A stretch of DNA of 64,000 nt, from positions 1-64,000 of IMG/VR virus record IMGVR_UViG_3300042319_001830; one strand, 5' to 3'. The notes beneath the pieces are model-generated. The model searched no databases and was not told the origin of the DNA. It was given only the letters and a program-made list of their open reading frames with translations. Each line of letters opens with the position of its first letter. Position 1 is the stretch's first letter. The position numbers and the translations under genes are program-made. This DNA is from a virus. Positions 28,870 to 37,803 of the stretch are shown piece after piece.

Positions 28870-29424
28870 ATGGAATCCATTTTTGTATACCTAGAAAAAA
28901 TATTAGTAATAAGTGCAGCCGGCGGCGTTTTATTCGGCGCATTCAAATGGGTATTTACATTGAATCGGAATGTAAAAGAAATATTAAAAGAAGTCAAACC
29001 CAATTCGGGCACATCGTTAAAAGACCATGTAGATAAGATAAACAAGCAGGTTAGTCACGATAGTAATTTGATTAAGACTATATGCACACGACAAAAATGG
29101 ATATTAGATAATAGACCGGAACCAATATTTGAATGTGATACCGATGGTAAATGTACGTGGGTAAATGAAAAATATTGTCAATTATTAAAACACGATGTAG
29201 ATTATTTCTTAGGTAATGGGTGGAAAAATGGTATCTTTAGTGAAGATTTGGAAATGGTTGAAAAAGAATGGGACAGATCTATTAAAGATAAAAGAAGTAG
29301 TATTACTATATACAGAATGATTGATAGAGAGGGTACTATATACCACGTTAAAGCAGTAGCTACCAGAAATGATAGTCATGGGTACATTGGGCATATAGAA
29401 ATATTAGACGATAAAAAAGATTAA
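28870..29424 (+). CDS. Membrane-anchored PAS-domain protein with a holin-like N-terminus
   Basis: One TM helix, then the EVKPNSGTSLKD segment, then a PAS pattern PIFECDTDGKCTWVNEKYCQLL...LGNGW...EDLEMV..EW...YRM..REG. Confidence 0.75.
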   Translation: MESIFVYLEKILVISAAGGVLFGAFKWVFTLNRNVKEILKEVKPNSGTSLKDHVDKINKQVSHDSNLIKTICTRQKWILDNRPEPIFECDTDGKCTWVNEKYCQLLKHDVDYFLGNGWKNGIFSEDLEMVEKEWDRSIKDKRSSITIYRMIDREGTIYHVKAVATRNDSHGYIGHIEILDDKKD

Positions 29425-29461
29425 TAATTGACCATCAAGTACTATTTATATGTATATTAAT

Positions 29462-30097
29462 ATGAAGTCTTCTAAAGAATTAGTCAATAAACTGGTAAAA
29501 GAAACATTGGAGCAAAAATATACAAATGCTTCGTCTTCTTGGAGTGATTTAATCGACGGATTATCAAAAGAAATTAAGAAGCCTATTGAACTCGATGATG
29601 CTGGTAATTACAATGTATGTGATTGTGAACCACATCACATTAGTATTAGACCAATAGTACACGGTATTTGTGATATTCAAGCATTCAGAGACGGAAGTGA
29701 TAGAACAAAGAAACTTTTTATGAAATTTGAAGATGTTAAGAAATTCGTAAAAGAATACTTAAAATCTGATATTACAAATTATGTAGATAGTGCTTTGGGT
29801 AAGGGAGTTGAAAATACCAAAGATAAACAAGGTGGTAAAAAAGCTGATAAACAATCTGAATCTGAAGAAAACGTAGTTAACCCACAAAAAGGATTCAAAA
29901 TTGTAAAGAATGTTAAGGTCGAGAATATGAACGATCCAAAAGATGATCCTACTCAACCAATGCAAGCTGTTGGAGAATTCGCTAAACAAGGTGATCATAA
30001 ACCAAAGAAAGCGGAATATAACCCACCTACATTACCAAAACATCTTCAAAAATTGGTTATTAAATATACAAAAGCAGGTAAAGCCAAAAAGAAGTAG
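29462..30097 (+). CDS. Hypothetical protein (charged, probably late)
   Basis: Long ORF with TATTTAT upstream; alternative start at 29450. Confidence 0.6.
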   Translation: MKSSKELVNKLVKETLEQKYTNASSSWSDLIDGLSKEIKKPIELDDAGNYNVCDCEPHHISIRPIVHGICDIQAFRDGSDRTKKLFMKFEDVKKFVKEYLKSDITNYVDSALGKGVENTKDKQGGKKADKQSESEENVVNPQKGFKIVKNVKVENMNDPKDDPTQPMQAVGEFAKQGDHKPKKAEYNPPTLPKHLQKLVIKYTKAGKAKKK

Positions 30098-30126
30098 TTG
30101 ACAATTTCTCAAATTTGATATACTAT
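30098..30126 (+). promoter_or_regulatory. Sigma70-like promoter TTGACA-N17-TACTAT
   Basis: Sequence match; AAGGA Shine-Dalgarno-like sequence before the next ATG. Confidence 0.65.
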
Positions 30127-30152
30127 AAAGGTATACCTAAAAAAGGATAAAT

Positions 30153-30470
30153 ATGACAAAATTAATTACTATCGCCGCATTGAGTGCAACTCTATCTTCC
30201 CAAACATTTGCTGGCGATAGAGAATGGGCTACAGTTGGTAAAGTATTGACCGGAGTTGCAGTAATTCACGTTATTGATAGAATTGTAAATCCCCCAACAC
30301 AAGTTGTATATGTACAACCACAACCAGTGGTTTATGCACAGCCTGTAGTAGTACATCCTCAACCAGTAGTATATTATCAACCTGCTCCTGTTGTATATGT
30401 ACATCCCCAACCAGCAGTAGTTGTGTATGGTGGATGGGGTCGTCCAGTATATCACTATCATCATCATTAA
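30153..30470 (+). CDS. Small secreted Pro/Val/Tyr-rich protein
   Basis: Signal peptide ending TFA, then GDREWATVGKVLTG and (VVY.QPQP)n; has its own promoter and terminator. Confidence 0.75.
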   Translation: MTKLITIAALSATLSSQTFAGDREWATVGKVLTGVAVIHVIDRIVNPPTQVVYVQPQPVVYAQPVVVHPQPVVYYQPAPVVYVHPQPAVVVYGGWGRPVYHYHHH

Positions 30471-30492
30471 TAATATTATTTTAATATAACCC

Positions 30493-30518
30493 AAACCACC
30501 GTAACTGGTGGTTTTTTT
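30493..30518 (+). terminator. Rho-independent terminator
   Basis: Stem AAACCACC/GGTGGTTT followed by a T run. Confidence 0.8.
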
Positions 30519-30528
30519 ATTTTTCCAG

Positions 30529-30556
30529 TTGACTTCTTATATATCCGTGGTAAGAT
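30529..30556 (+). promoter_or_regulatory. Sigma70-like promoter TTGACT-N16-TAAGAT (TGG-TAAGAT)
   Basis: The identical TGGTAAGAT -10 region recurs at 36836 and 37795. Confidence 0.68.
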
Positions 30557-30577
30557 GATTTTACGGTAAGAAAACTT

Positions 30578-31552
30578 ATGAAAAACAAAAACTCGTTTAA
30601 TCTGGTTACTGGCAAGGACTTCAATATCAAGGCTTATCTTGACACTTGTGTAAATCTACGTCCATCTTCTTTGATTATGGATGATCTCAAGTGGAAGTAT
30701 ATGGTACGTAGTGCTATTCGTGGCAAGAACATTCTGCTTCTTGGTCCAACTGGTTGTGGTAAGACTCTAGCAGCGCAAACTGTTGCTAAGGCTATTGGTC
30801 GTGAAGATAACTTCTTCTATTTTAATCTGGGTGCTACACAAGATGCTCGTAGTGCTTTGATTGGCAACACTCACTTTGATAAGAAGACTGGTACTCTATT
30901 CAAGGAGTCTAGTTTTATCAAGGCTATTCGTACTCCTAACGCCATCATTCTACTTGACGAAATTTCTCGTAGTCATCACGATGGTGTTAATATTCTAATG
31001 ACTGTTCTTGATGATCTCCAGCGTTATCTTCGATTGGATGAAAAGGATGATTGTGAAGTTGTTAAGGTTGCAGACGGTGTAACTTTTATCGCTACTGCTA
31101 ACGTAGGTAATGAATATACCGCTACCCGTGTAATGGATCGTGCTCTACTTTCACGTTTTCCTGTTAAGATTGAAGTGACTCCGCTTGATAAGGACGCTGA
31201 ATTTTCTCTATTAAAGAATCGGTTTAATATTAACTCTAATGAACAGCTAGACGTTCTAAAGTCTGTTTGTGAAATTGCTGATCATACCCGTAAACAGATT
31301 AAGCAGGAAGATAGTAAGCTTACTAATTTTATTCCTACACGTAGTACTGTTGAAATTGCGGAACTAATTGTGGATGGATTTAATTTGCTTGAAATTGCTG
31401 AGACGACCATTTATCCTAACTTTACTGAGGATGGTGGTGTTGACAGTGAACGTACATATATTCGTCAGTTGGTACAAAAGTATATTAAGGTAGAATCTAA
31501 GGAAAAGTTGTTTAATGATCCATTGAACAATACTACTCAACCTCCTTTTTAA
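30578..31552 (+). CDS. MoxR/CobS-like AAA+ ATPase
   Basis: GPTGCGKT, ILLDEISR, FIATAN, MDRALLSRF. Confidence 0.9.
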   Translation: MKNKNSFNLVTGKDFNIKAYLDTCVNLRPSSLIMDDLKWKYMVRSAIRGKNILLLGPTGCGKTLAAQTVAKAIGREDNFFYFNLGATQDARSALIGNTHFDKKTGTLFKESSFIKAIRTPNAIILLDEISRSHHDGVNILMTVLDDLQRYLRLDEKDDCEVVKVADGVTFIATANVGNEYTATRVMDRALLSRFPVKIEVTPLDKDAEFSLLKNRFNINSNEQLDVLKSVCEIADHTRKQIKQEDSKLTNFIPTRSTVEIAELIVDGFNLLEIAETTIYPNFTEDGGVDSERTYIRQLVQKYIKVESKEKLFNDPLNNTTQPPF

Positions 31553-31575
31553 TAACATATAGAAAATAAATTATT

Positions 31576-33660
31576 ATGAGCAACTACAGTGATTTCTGGT
31601 TAAAGGGTAACAATTACGATTGGGATTGGGAAGATGAACTTGATGCTGCTATTGCGGATGACGCTAATAACACGTTAAACGATGACGTAGAAGACCGTGT
31701 TTCGGAAAACACATCTCGACTGATTCGTATGTCTTCCGCTCGTCGTGCTATTTCTAATTATGTTAGCATTCTGACGAACCAGAACATTCCTGTAGTATTT
31801 AATGACAGTGCTGTAAATTGTACTGATGGTAAGGTGGTTTATATCAGTAGCGATATTACTAAGAAGGATAATTTTGACGTGGCTGTTGGACTAGCCTTAC
31901 ACGAAGGCAGTCACGTTAAATATTCTGATTTTGAAATGTTTAAGACAGTATGGATGAATGTTCCCCGTGACATTTATAATTACACTGAAAAGTTGAATAT
32001 TTCAAAAGATATTGTTGGTAAGACCAGTCAACAGATTCTAAATTATGTAGAAGATCGTTATATTGATTATACTGTACATAATAGCGCGCCTGGTTATCGT
32101 GGTTACTACGATGCTTTGTATGATGAATACTTTAATAATAAAGTAATTTCAGATGCCTTGAAAAGCAATCTATATCGTACACCTAGTATCGATTCATATA
32201 TGTTTCGTATTATTAATCTTACGAATCCTGATACAAGCTTGAAATCATTGCCTGGTTTGTATGACATTGCTTGTGAATTGAATTTGTCAAATATCTGTCG
32301 TCTGACAACTCCAAAAGATCGTCTAGACATAGCGTATAAGATTTCCGAAATTGTATTTAAGAATATTACTGAACACAAAACTGATAATGCACAGTCACAA
32401 CCAACGGATGGAAATGGTGATGGAGATGGCGATTCATCCGCCGTTGAAGATGATTCATCGAACCCAACTATATTGGGTACTGCTAGTGATGTACTTGGTG
32501 GTATGGAGTCTACTGTTACAACTGACAGTAGCGATGTAACTTCCAATATTGGATCTGATTCAAATATTAGTAAGTCTAAACAAACTAAGATTGCTAAATC
32601 ATTTGATAAACAGAAAGACTTTCTGGCTGGTAAAATCAAAAAGAAAAAGGTTTCTAGACGTGAAAAGACATTGCTTGATGTACTAGAAAAGAGTAAAATT
32701 GATCTAGTACCTGTTGCAAGTGATGTTCTTAAGAACAACGGAATTGTTGGTAACGTTGAATGTATTCTTGTAAAGAATATGACAAAAGAATTGATCCTCT
32801 CAGATGAATTTCCAATGTCTATTGCAAAAGATGACATTGGAGCTCGTACTATGTTACAGAAGAACGTGGATGACGGCATTGTGTTAGGAGCTAAGTTAGG
32901 CCGCCGTCTTCAAATTCGTAATGAAATTAACGTTGATAAGTTTACCCGTCGTAATATTGGTAAGATTGATAAACGTTTGATGCATGAACTCGGATTTGAA
33001 ACCGATAGCAATATCTTTTATAATACATTTGTCACCAAATATAAGAAAATTAACTTTCATATCAGTGTAGATGCTAGTGCTAGTATGCAAGGCAAAAAGT
33101 GGAATCGTACAATTAAACTATGTGTTGCACTAGCAAAGGCTACGTCTATGATTGACAATGTGGATCTGACGATTAGTTTTCGTACATCGATGGGTAACAG
33201 TCCATACATTGTAGTCGCGTATGATTCTAAGGTTGATAAATTTAGTAAGATAAAGAATATGTTCTCATATCTTTTGCCAACACATACAACTCCAGAAGGA
33301 TTATGTTTTGAAGCATTGTTACGATATTTGCCTAAAGCTAGTAACAACACAAACAGTTATTTTGTTAATATTAGTGATGGTGAACCGTGTTTCAACTACC
33401 ATAGTACAGGAGGTATTGGGTTTTCATATAATGGCGCAACTGCTTTGAATCACACTCGTACACAAGTAAATAAAATACGGGAGACTGGATATAACATCAT
33501 TTCGTATTTTGTAACGGAATATGATGGATTTGGAGCCGAAACGTTACGTGCTAATTTCAGAACAATGTATGGTGTAGACTCTAATTTTATTAACGTCGAG
33601 AATCTAAATCAGATTGTTAAGACTATTAATAAAAAGATGATGGATTCTATTGACATATAA
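31576..33660 (+). CDS. VWA-domain partner of the AAA+ ATPase with an N-terminal HExxH metallopeptidase-like domain (CobT-like)
   Basis: LALHEGSH, NYVEDRYID, acidic linker, MIDAS VDASASM, TPEG, ISDGEP. Confidence 0.82.
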   Translation: MSNYSDFWLKGNNYDWDWEDELDAAIADDANNTLNDDVEDRVSENTSRLIRMSSARRAISNYVSILTNQNIPVVFNDSAVNCTDGKVVYISSDITKKDNFDVAVGLALHEGSHVKYSDFEMFKTVWMNVPRDIYNYTEKLNISKDIVGKTSQQILNYVEDRYIDYTVHNSAPGYRGYYDALYDEYFNNKVISDALKSNLYRTPSIDSYMFRIINLTNPDTSLKSLPGLYDIACELNLSNICRLTTPKDRLDIAYKISEIVFKNITEHKTDNAQSQPTDGNGDGDGDSSAVEDDSSNPTILGTASDVLGGMESTVTTDSSDVTSNIGSDSNISKSKQTKIAKSFDKQKDFLAGKIKKKKVSRREKTLLDVLEKSKIDLVPVASDVLKNNGIVGNVECILVKNMTKELILSDEFPMSIAKDDIGARTMLQKNVDDGIVLGAKLGRRLQIRNEINVDKFTRRNIGKIDKRLMHELGFETDSNIFYNTFVTKYKKINFHISVDASASMQGKKWNRTIKLCVALAKATSMIDNVDLTISFRTSMGNSPYIVVAYDSKVDKFSKIKNMFSYLLPTHTTPEGLCFEALLRYLPKASNNTNSYFVNISDGEPCFNYHSTGGIGFSYNGATALNHTRTQVNKIRETGYNIISYFVTEYDGFGAETLRANFRTMYGVDSNFINVENLNQIVKTINKKMMDSIDI

Positions 33661-33677
33661 TATAAAGATGATATAAT
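33650..33677 (+). promoter_or_regulatory. Sigma70-like promoter TTGACA-N16-TATAAT with extended TG
   Basis: Perfect hexamers. Confidence 0.68.
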
Positions 33678-33724
33678 ATATTAACGGTTAGATTTATAAC
33701 AACATAAACAAGAAAGGATAAAGT

Positions 33725-34096
33725 ATGAAAAAGACAGATCGTAAGAATAAGACAAATCAAACAGTAAAATATCCAAGTTGTATTTTTACAATTAAGGAAC
33801 TAAATGATATTAACACTGATATCGTAACTATTAGTTTACGAGACAAGGTTAAGAAAGCAATTAATCGAGGTGAACTAAATGTAATTGGCGTTTTACCTAA
33901 CGGAAAAGGTCGTCCAACTTTGGTACACGTATTTGGACCGATTACCAAATCGGTTATTGATGAAGCTAAGAACAAGGGAGTACATTTAAATCGTGAGCTA
34001 TTGGTTGAAATGGTGAACATCAATTCATCTTCCAACAAGGAGTCGATTGTTATAGTCAATGTTGATACAACAAAGAACAATTCTGTTAATGTTTAA
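33725..34096 (+). CDS. Putative winged-helix DNA-binding protein
   Basis: FTIKEL...LRDKVKKAINRGEL...GKGRP wing-like motif; AAGGA Shine-Dalgarno-like sequence. Confidence 0.5.
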   Translation: MKKTDRKNKTNQTVKYPSCIFTIKELNDINTDIVTISLRDKVKKAINRGELNVIGVLPNGKGRPTLVHVFGPITKSVIDEAKNKGVHLNRELLVEMVNINSSSNKESIVIVNVDTTKNNSVNV

Positions 34097-34117
34097 AGAA
34101 AAATCAATATAATAGAT

Positions 34118-34152
34118 GTGCCGTATATCTTTGATTTGATATACGGTGTTTC
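34118..34152 (+). terminator. Probable terminator hairpin
   Basis: Stem GCCGTATATC/GATATACGGT followed by GTTT. Confidence 0.6.
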
Positions 34153-34167
34153 TATTTATACCATATT

Positions 34168-34398
34168 ATGGCAAAAAAAAGAGATAAAATACTACTATAT
34201 TTAGATAACAAAGGAAAAAACTTCTTGGTATATGAGGAAAAAGATTTACTGGATCTTAAATTGCCTGTAGAGTATATTGATAATGGTACTAATTTGTATT
34301 TGGATACTTTAAAAGAAAAGTGGGAAATAAAAGAAGTCAAGTCATCTAAAAACGAATTGACGTTAAAATTTAAAATGATTTTAAGAAAAACAGAATAA
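34168..34398 (+). CDS. Hypothetical protein
   Basis: 76-aa ORF; TATTTAT 8 nt upstream; TAATATG coupling to the next gene. Confidence 0.6.
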   Translation: MAKKRDKILLYLDNKGKNFLVYEEKDLLDLKLPVEYIDNGTNLYLDTLKEKWEIKEVKSSKNELTLKFKMILRKTE

Positions 34399-34399
34399 T

Positions 34400-35584
34400 A
34401 TGGATACGTTACAAGAATACTTTGGAATTGAATCGTTTGACTTTGAAGGAAATAAACGAAAGTTGGTTGATAATCTTAATTTGTTGAAGTCTATGTCTGT
34501 TGAAGAGCAGACCTTTTACAAAAAGTGGATGGAAATACAAACGTGTGAAAGTTTCTCAAATAAGGCTAATATGATTAAAGCCAAAATTTGGACACCCACC
34601 GATATTAACGATGAATCTTTAACTATTAAAGAAATTGAAAGTATAAATCCAAAATTGGTTTATGTTGAATCAAAACAACAAAATGAAGATTGGACAATTC
34701 TTCGTATTTTTGGTCATACAATGACTTTTGATCAAACGCCTGGTAGATTTATTAAATTTCTTGTAACCGATGGAGATATTGATAACCCAAAGTATATTGG
34801 TTGTATCAGTGTTTCTAGTGATGTAATTGCTATTACTGACCGTGACAATTATTTAGGATGGACTACATCTGATAAGATGGAAAAGAAACGATTGGCATAT
34901 AGCGCAATTGGCAGTTGTATTATGAGTACTCAGCCAATTGGTTATAATTTTCTAGGTGGTAAATTAATAGCCGCTATGATTACTACGTCAACAGTACGTG
35001 ATCTTTGGAAACAATTATACGATCAAACTCTTGTGGGTATGACAACTACAAGTTTATATGGTAGTTACAGTATGTATAATAGTTTAAAATGGTGGCACAA
35101 ATGTGGATCTAGTGCTGGTAAAATTTCAATTAAACCAGATGATGGTATTTATGAAACTTGGCACAATTGGTTAAAAGATATTGATGTAACTGCTTATGAT
35201 AAAGCACTTACTCAAAAAGAAGGAGTGAGTGGACCTGTAACTGGAGCTAAATCTCGTATTCTCGGTATGATATTTAGTAAATGTGGAATAAAACAATCCA
35301 ACTATCAACACGGATATGAACGAGGTGTATATTATAGTTGTTTTTATGAAAATACCAAAGAGTTTTTGCAAAGTAAAATTGATGTTGATCAATTGAAGAT
35401 GAAAGACCTCTTTAAACGTGATATGCAAGGTATAATTGAGTGGTGGCGACCAAAGGCTGTAGACCGATATAAAAAGCTAAAGAGTGAATCAAATTTAAAG
35501 AATACGGTACATTTCTATAACCAAATGTTTGGTATGTCGTATCAAGAAGCTAAAGACATGTATTTTAAAGAAGTGGGTAGGTAG
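34400..35584 (+). CDS. DUF4338/DruA-like protein
   Basis: PGRFIKFLV, RDNYLGW, QPIGYNFLGGKLIA, TTTSLYG..SMYN motifs. Confidence 0.65.
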   Translation: MDTLQEYFGIESFDFEGNKRKLVDNLNLLKSMSVEEQTFYKKWMEIQTCESFSNKANMIKAKIWTPTDINDESLTIKEIESINPKLVYVESKQQNEDWTILRIFGHTMTFDQTPGRFIKFLVTDGDIDNPKYIGCISVSSDVIAITDRDNYLGWTTSDKMEKKRLAYSAIGSCIMSTQPIGYNFLGGKLIAAMITTSTVRDLWKQLYDQTLVGMTTTSLYGSYSMYNSLKWWHKCGSSAGKISIKPDDGIYETWHNWLKDIDVTAYDKALTQKEGVSGPVTGAKSRILGMIFSKCGIKQSNYQHGYERGVYYSCFYENTKEFLQSKIDVDQLKMKDLFKRDMQGIIEWWRPKAVDRYKKLKSESNLKNTVHFYNQMFGMSYQEAKDMYFKEVGR

Positions 35585-35642
35585 AAATATTATAATATAA
35601 ATTACTTATTATAGATACTATTTATATTTATAAGAGTAATTT

Positions 35643-36812
35643 ATGGCGAATACCCCAATTAATGCAATGACCGCTACATTCGGGTCTGGTGATCAGACTG
35701 CGATAAAAATGAATGTATCGGACGCAGGACCGTCGAATAATAGCAGTAAACTGATAGATTTACAAGTTGGAGCCGTCACAAAATTTAAAGTCTCAAAAAG
35801 AGGTGAAGTACTTGCTACAAATTATACAGGCAGTTTTAGTGGCAGTACTTTTATTAAAAATCAATCAAGTACTACAGGTACCAAATATTTGTTATTTTCA
35901 GACGGAAGTGGACAAAGAACTATAGGTTATGACACTTCATTAAATTATGACGCTTCTTCAAACACTTTAAACACTAATGGTAGCATTAATGCAGACGGTG
36001 ATATAGACAGTACAAATCTTTCGCCGCTTTTATTATCTAGTCCCACTACAATAGGTTTTGGTAGTTCAGCTACCACAATTCAAATAGGATCGCCTTCAGT
36101 AGGCGGTTATACACGATTTAATTCAAAACAAGTCAGAGGTAATTTTACAGGATCGTTTACTGGTAGCTTTAGTGGTAGCAAAGGCAATTTTACTAAAATA
36201 AGCGGTAGTAATGTTAAAATAACCGGAAGAGTAACAGCCAATTCATTTACTGGAAGTATTAGTGGTGGATATGCTGCTTTTACTAATATACGTACTGGCA
36301 CATTTACCGCCAATTCATTTACTGGAAGTATCAGTGGTAGTAGAGCTAAATTTACACAAATAACCGGTAGTGGCGTCAAAATAACTGGCAGATTTACCGC
36401 CAATTCATTTACCGGAAGTATTAGTGGTGGATATGCTGCTTTTACTAATATTAGTGGCGGACATGCATCTATTACACAAATAACCGGTAGTGGCGGCAAA
36501 ATAACTGGTAGATTTACCGCCAATTCATTTACCGGAAGTATTAGTGGCGGATATGCCGCTTTTACTAATATTAGCGGTGGACATGCATCTATTACTAATA
36601 TTAGTGGCGGATACGCATCTATTACAGAAATAACCGGTAGTAGTGGTAGAATTGAAAATAATTTGGTTATAGAAGGATCGCTGCAACTGCACAGTGCTAT
36701 TACAGGATCAAATAATATGTTTATAAGTGGTGCTGGCAGTCCAATCGCTGGTTATGTGGGAATTATGATAGGTGGCGTAAAATATAAGATGCCACTATAT
36801 CCTTGGACTTAA
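35643..36812 (+). CDS. Ser/Thr/Gly-rich repetitive fibre-like structural protein
   Basis: Repeated FTGSISGGYAAFTNI / ITGSG.KITGRFTANS units; C-terminal GVKYKMPLY; TATTTAT upstream. Confidence 0.65.
   Translation: MANTPINAMTATFGSGDQTAIKMNVSDAGPSNNSSKLIDLQVGAVTKFKVSKRGEVLATNYTGSFSGSTFIKNQSSTTGTKYLLFSDGSGQRTIGYDTSLNYDASSNTLNTNGSINADGDIDSTNLSPLLLSSPTTIGFGSSATTIQIGSPSVGGYTRFNSKQVRGNFTGSFTGSFSGSKGNFTKISGSNVKITGRVTANSFTGSISGGYAAFTNIRTGTFTANSFTGSISGSRAKFTQITGSGVKITGRFTANSFTGSISGGYAAFTNISGGHASITQITGSGGKITGRFTANSFTGSISGGYAAFTNISGGHASITNISGGYASITEITGSSGRIENNLVIEGSLQLHSAITGSNNMFISGAGSPIAGYVGIMIGGVKYKMPLYPWT
36140..36645 (+). repeat. Modular coding repeats of variable unit length
   Basis: GCCAATTCATTTAC at 36237, 36309, 36399 and 36519 (spacings 72, 90, 120 nt). 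Confidence 0.9.
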
Positions 36813-36815
36813 AGC

Positions 36816-36844
36816 TTGACTTATTATAAATTTGTTGGTAAGAT
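36816..36844 (+). promoter_or_regulatory. Sigma70-like promoter TTGACT-N17-TAAGAT, 7 nt before ATG 36852
   Basis: Sequence match. Confidence 0.7.
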
Positions 36845-36851
36845 GACTGCA

Positions 36852-37763
36852 ATGAAAAAATCATTGTGTTGCATTTCTCTACAACTTCAAGAAAAAGGAT
36901 TCAAAGCTAATACTATGACCAAGACTAGGTTCTTGTCATTGGAACGAAAAAGCGCTTTATCTACTATTTCTCAACGAACACTGAACAATGTAAATGTTGC
37001 GGTAAACACTTTTTCTTTGTGTGTGACTAAAGGATGGAACTATCGAATCAGCAGTGATTTATTTCCATTGGCTACTTTACCAGAAGCAAATCTATCACTT
37101 GATATTCTTACTGACAAAGATCGTATTTATAATGAGTTCAAACGTGGTGCAGAAATCATTAAAAAAAATAATCTTCGATGTAGTACACATCCTGACCAAT
37201 TTGTTGTGCCTGCGAGTGCTACAAAAACTGTTGTAGAAAAGTCCATTGTGGAACTAAAAAATCATGCATCTATTATGGATTTGTTTGGTTTGCCACAAAC
37301 ATATGAGTCTCCCATTAACATTCATATGAATATTTATAAAGGGTGTACTAAAGAAATTGCTAAACGGTTTGTTGATGTATACAATGATTTACCTGTTAAT
37401 GTAAAGTCTCGATTGGTACTTGAGAATGAAGACAAGCCAAATAGTTGGAAGGTAGAAGAGCTGTATGAATTAATTCATTCAAACACTGGCATTCCTATCA
37501 CGTATGACAATCTTCATTTTCGTTGTAACCCAGGTAAATTATCCGCTAAAGAAGCGGTAAAGTTGTGTATGTCCACGTGGGGTAAGTATCGTCCATTGTT
37601 TCATTTTAGCGACAATGATTTGACCAATAAAAATCCACGAGCACACGGCGATTACGTTCGTGTAATTCCAAATGAGTATATTGATCTTGATGTGGATTTT
37701 GAATTCGAATTCAAAGCAAAGGACTATGCTCTTGATCGATTCGAAAAAGAATTTGAAAAATAA
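36852..37763 (+). CDS. uvsE: UV damage endonuclease
   Basis: YRISSDLFP, STHPDQF, INIH, LVLENED, YDNLH, HFS, RAHGDY, EFKAKD. Confidence 0.92.
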   Translation: MKKSLCCISLQLQEKGFKANTMTKTRFLSLERKSALSTISQRTLNNVNVAVNTFSLCVTKGWNYRISSDLFPLATLPEANLSLDILTDKDRIYNEFKRGAEIIKKNNLRCSTHPDQFVVPASATKTVVEKSIVELKNHASIMDLFGLPQTYESPINIHMNIYKGCTKEIAKRFVDVYNDLPVNVKSRLVLENEDKPNSWKVEELYELIHSNTGIPITYDNLHFRCNPGKLSAKEAVKLCMSTWGKYRPLFHFSDNDLTNKNPRAHGDYVRVIPNEYIDLDVDFEFEFKAKDYALDRFEKEFEK

Positions 37764-37774
37764 TTAAAAAGTTG

Positions 37775-37803
37775 TTGACAGTTTGAACAATGGGTGGTAA
37801 GAT
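37775..37803 (+). promoter_or_regulatory. Sigma70-like promoter TTGACA-N17-TAAGAT
   Basis: Sequence match with extended TG. Confidence 0.72.

Noticed and set aside
34400-35584. Complete Druantia defence system
   Set aside because: Only a DruA-like gene is present; no DruE-type helicase or other partners in the window.
36140-36645. Diversity-generating retroelement template/variable repeat pair
   Set aside because: The repeats are tandem within one ORF, differences are not adenine-specific, and no reverse transcriptase is present in the window.
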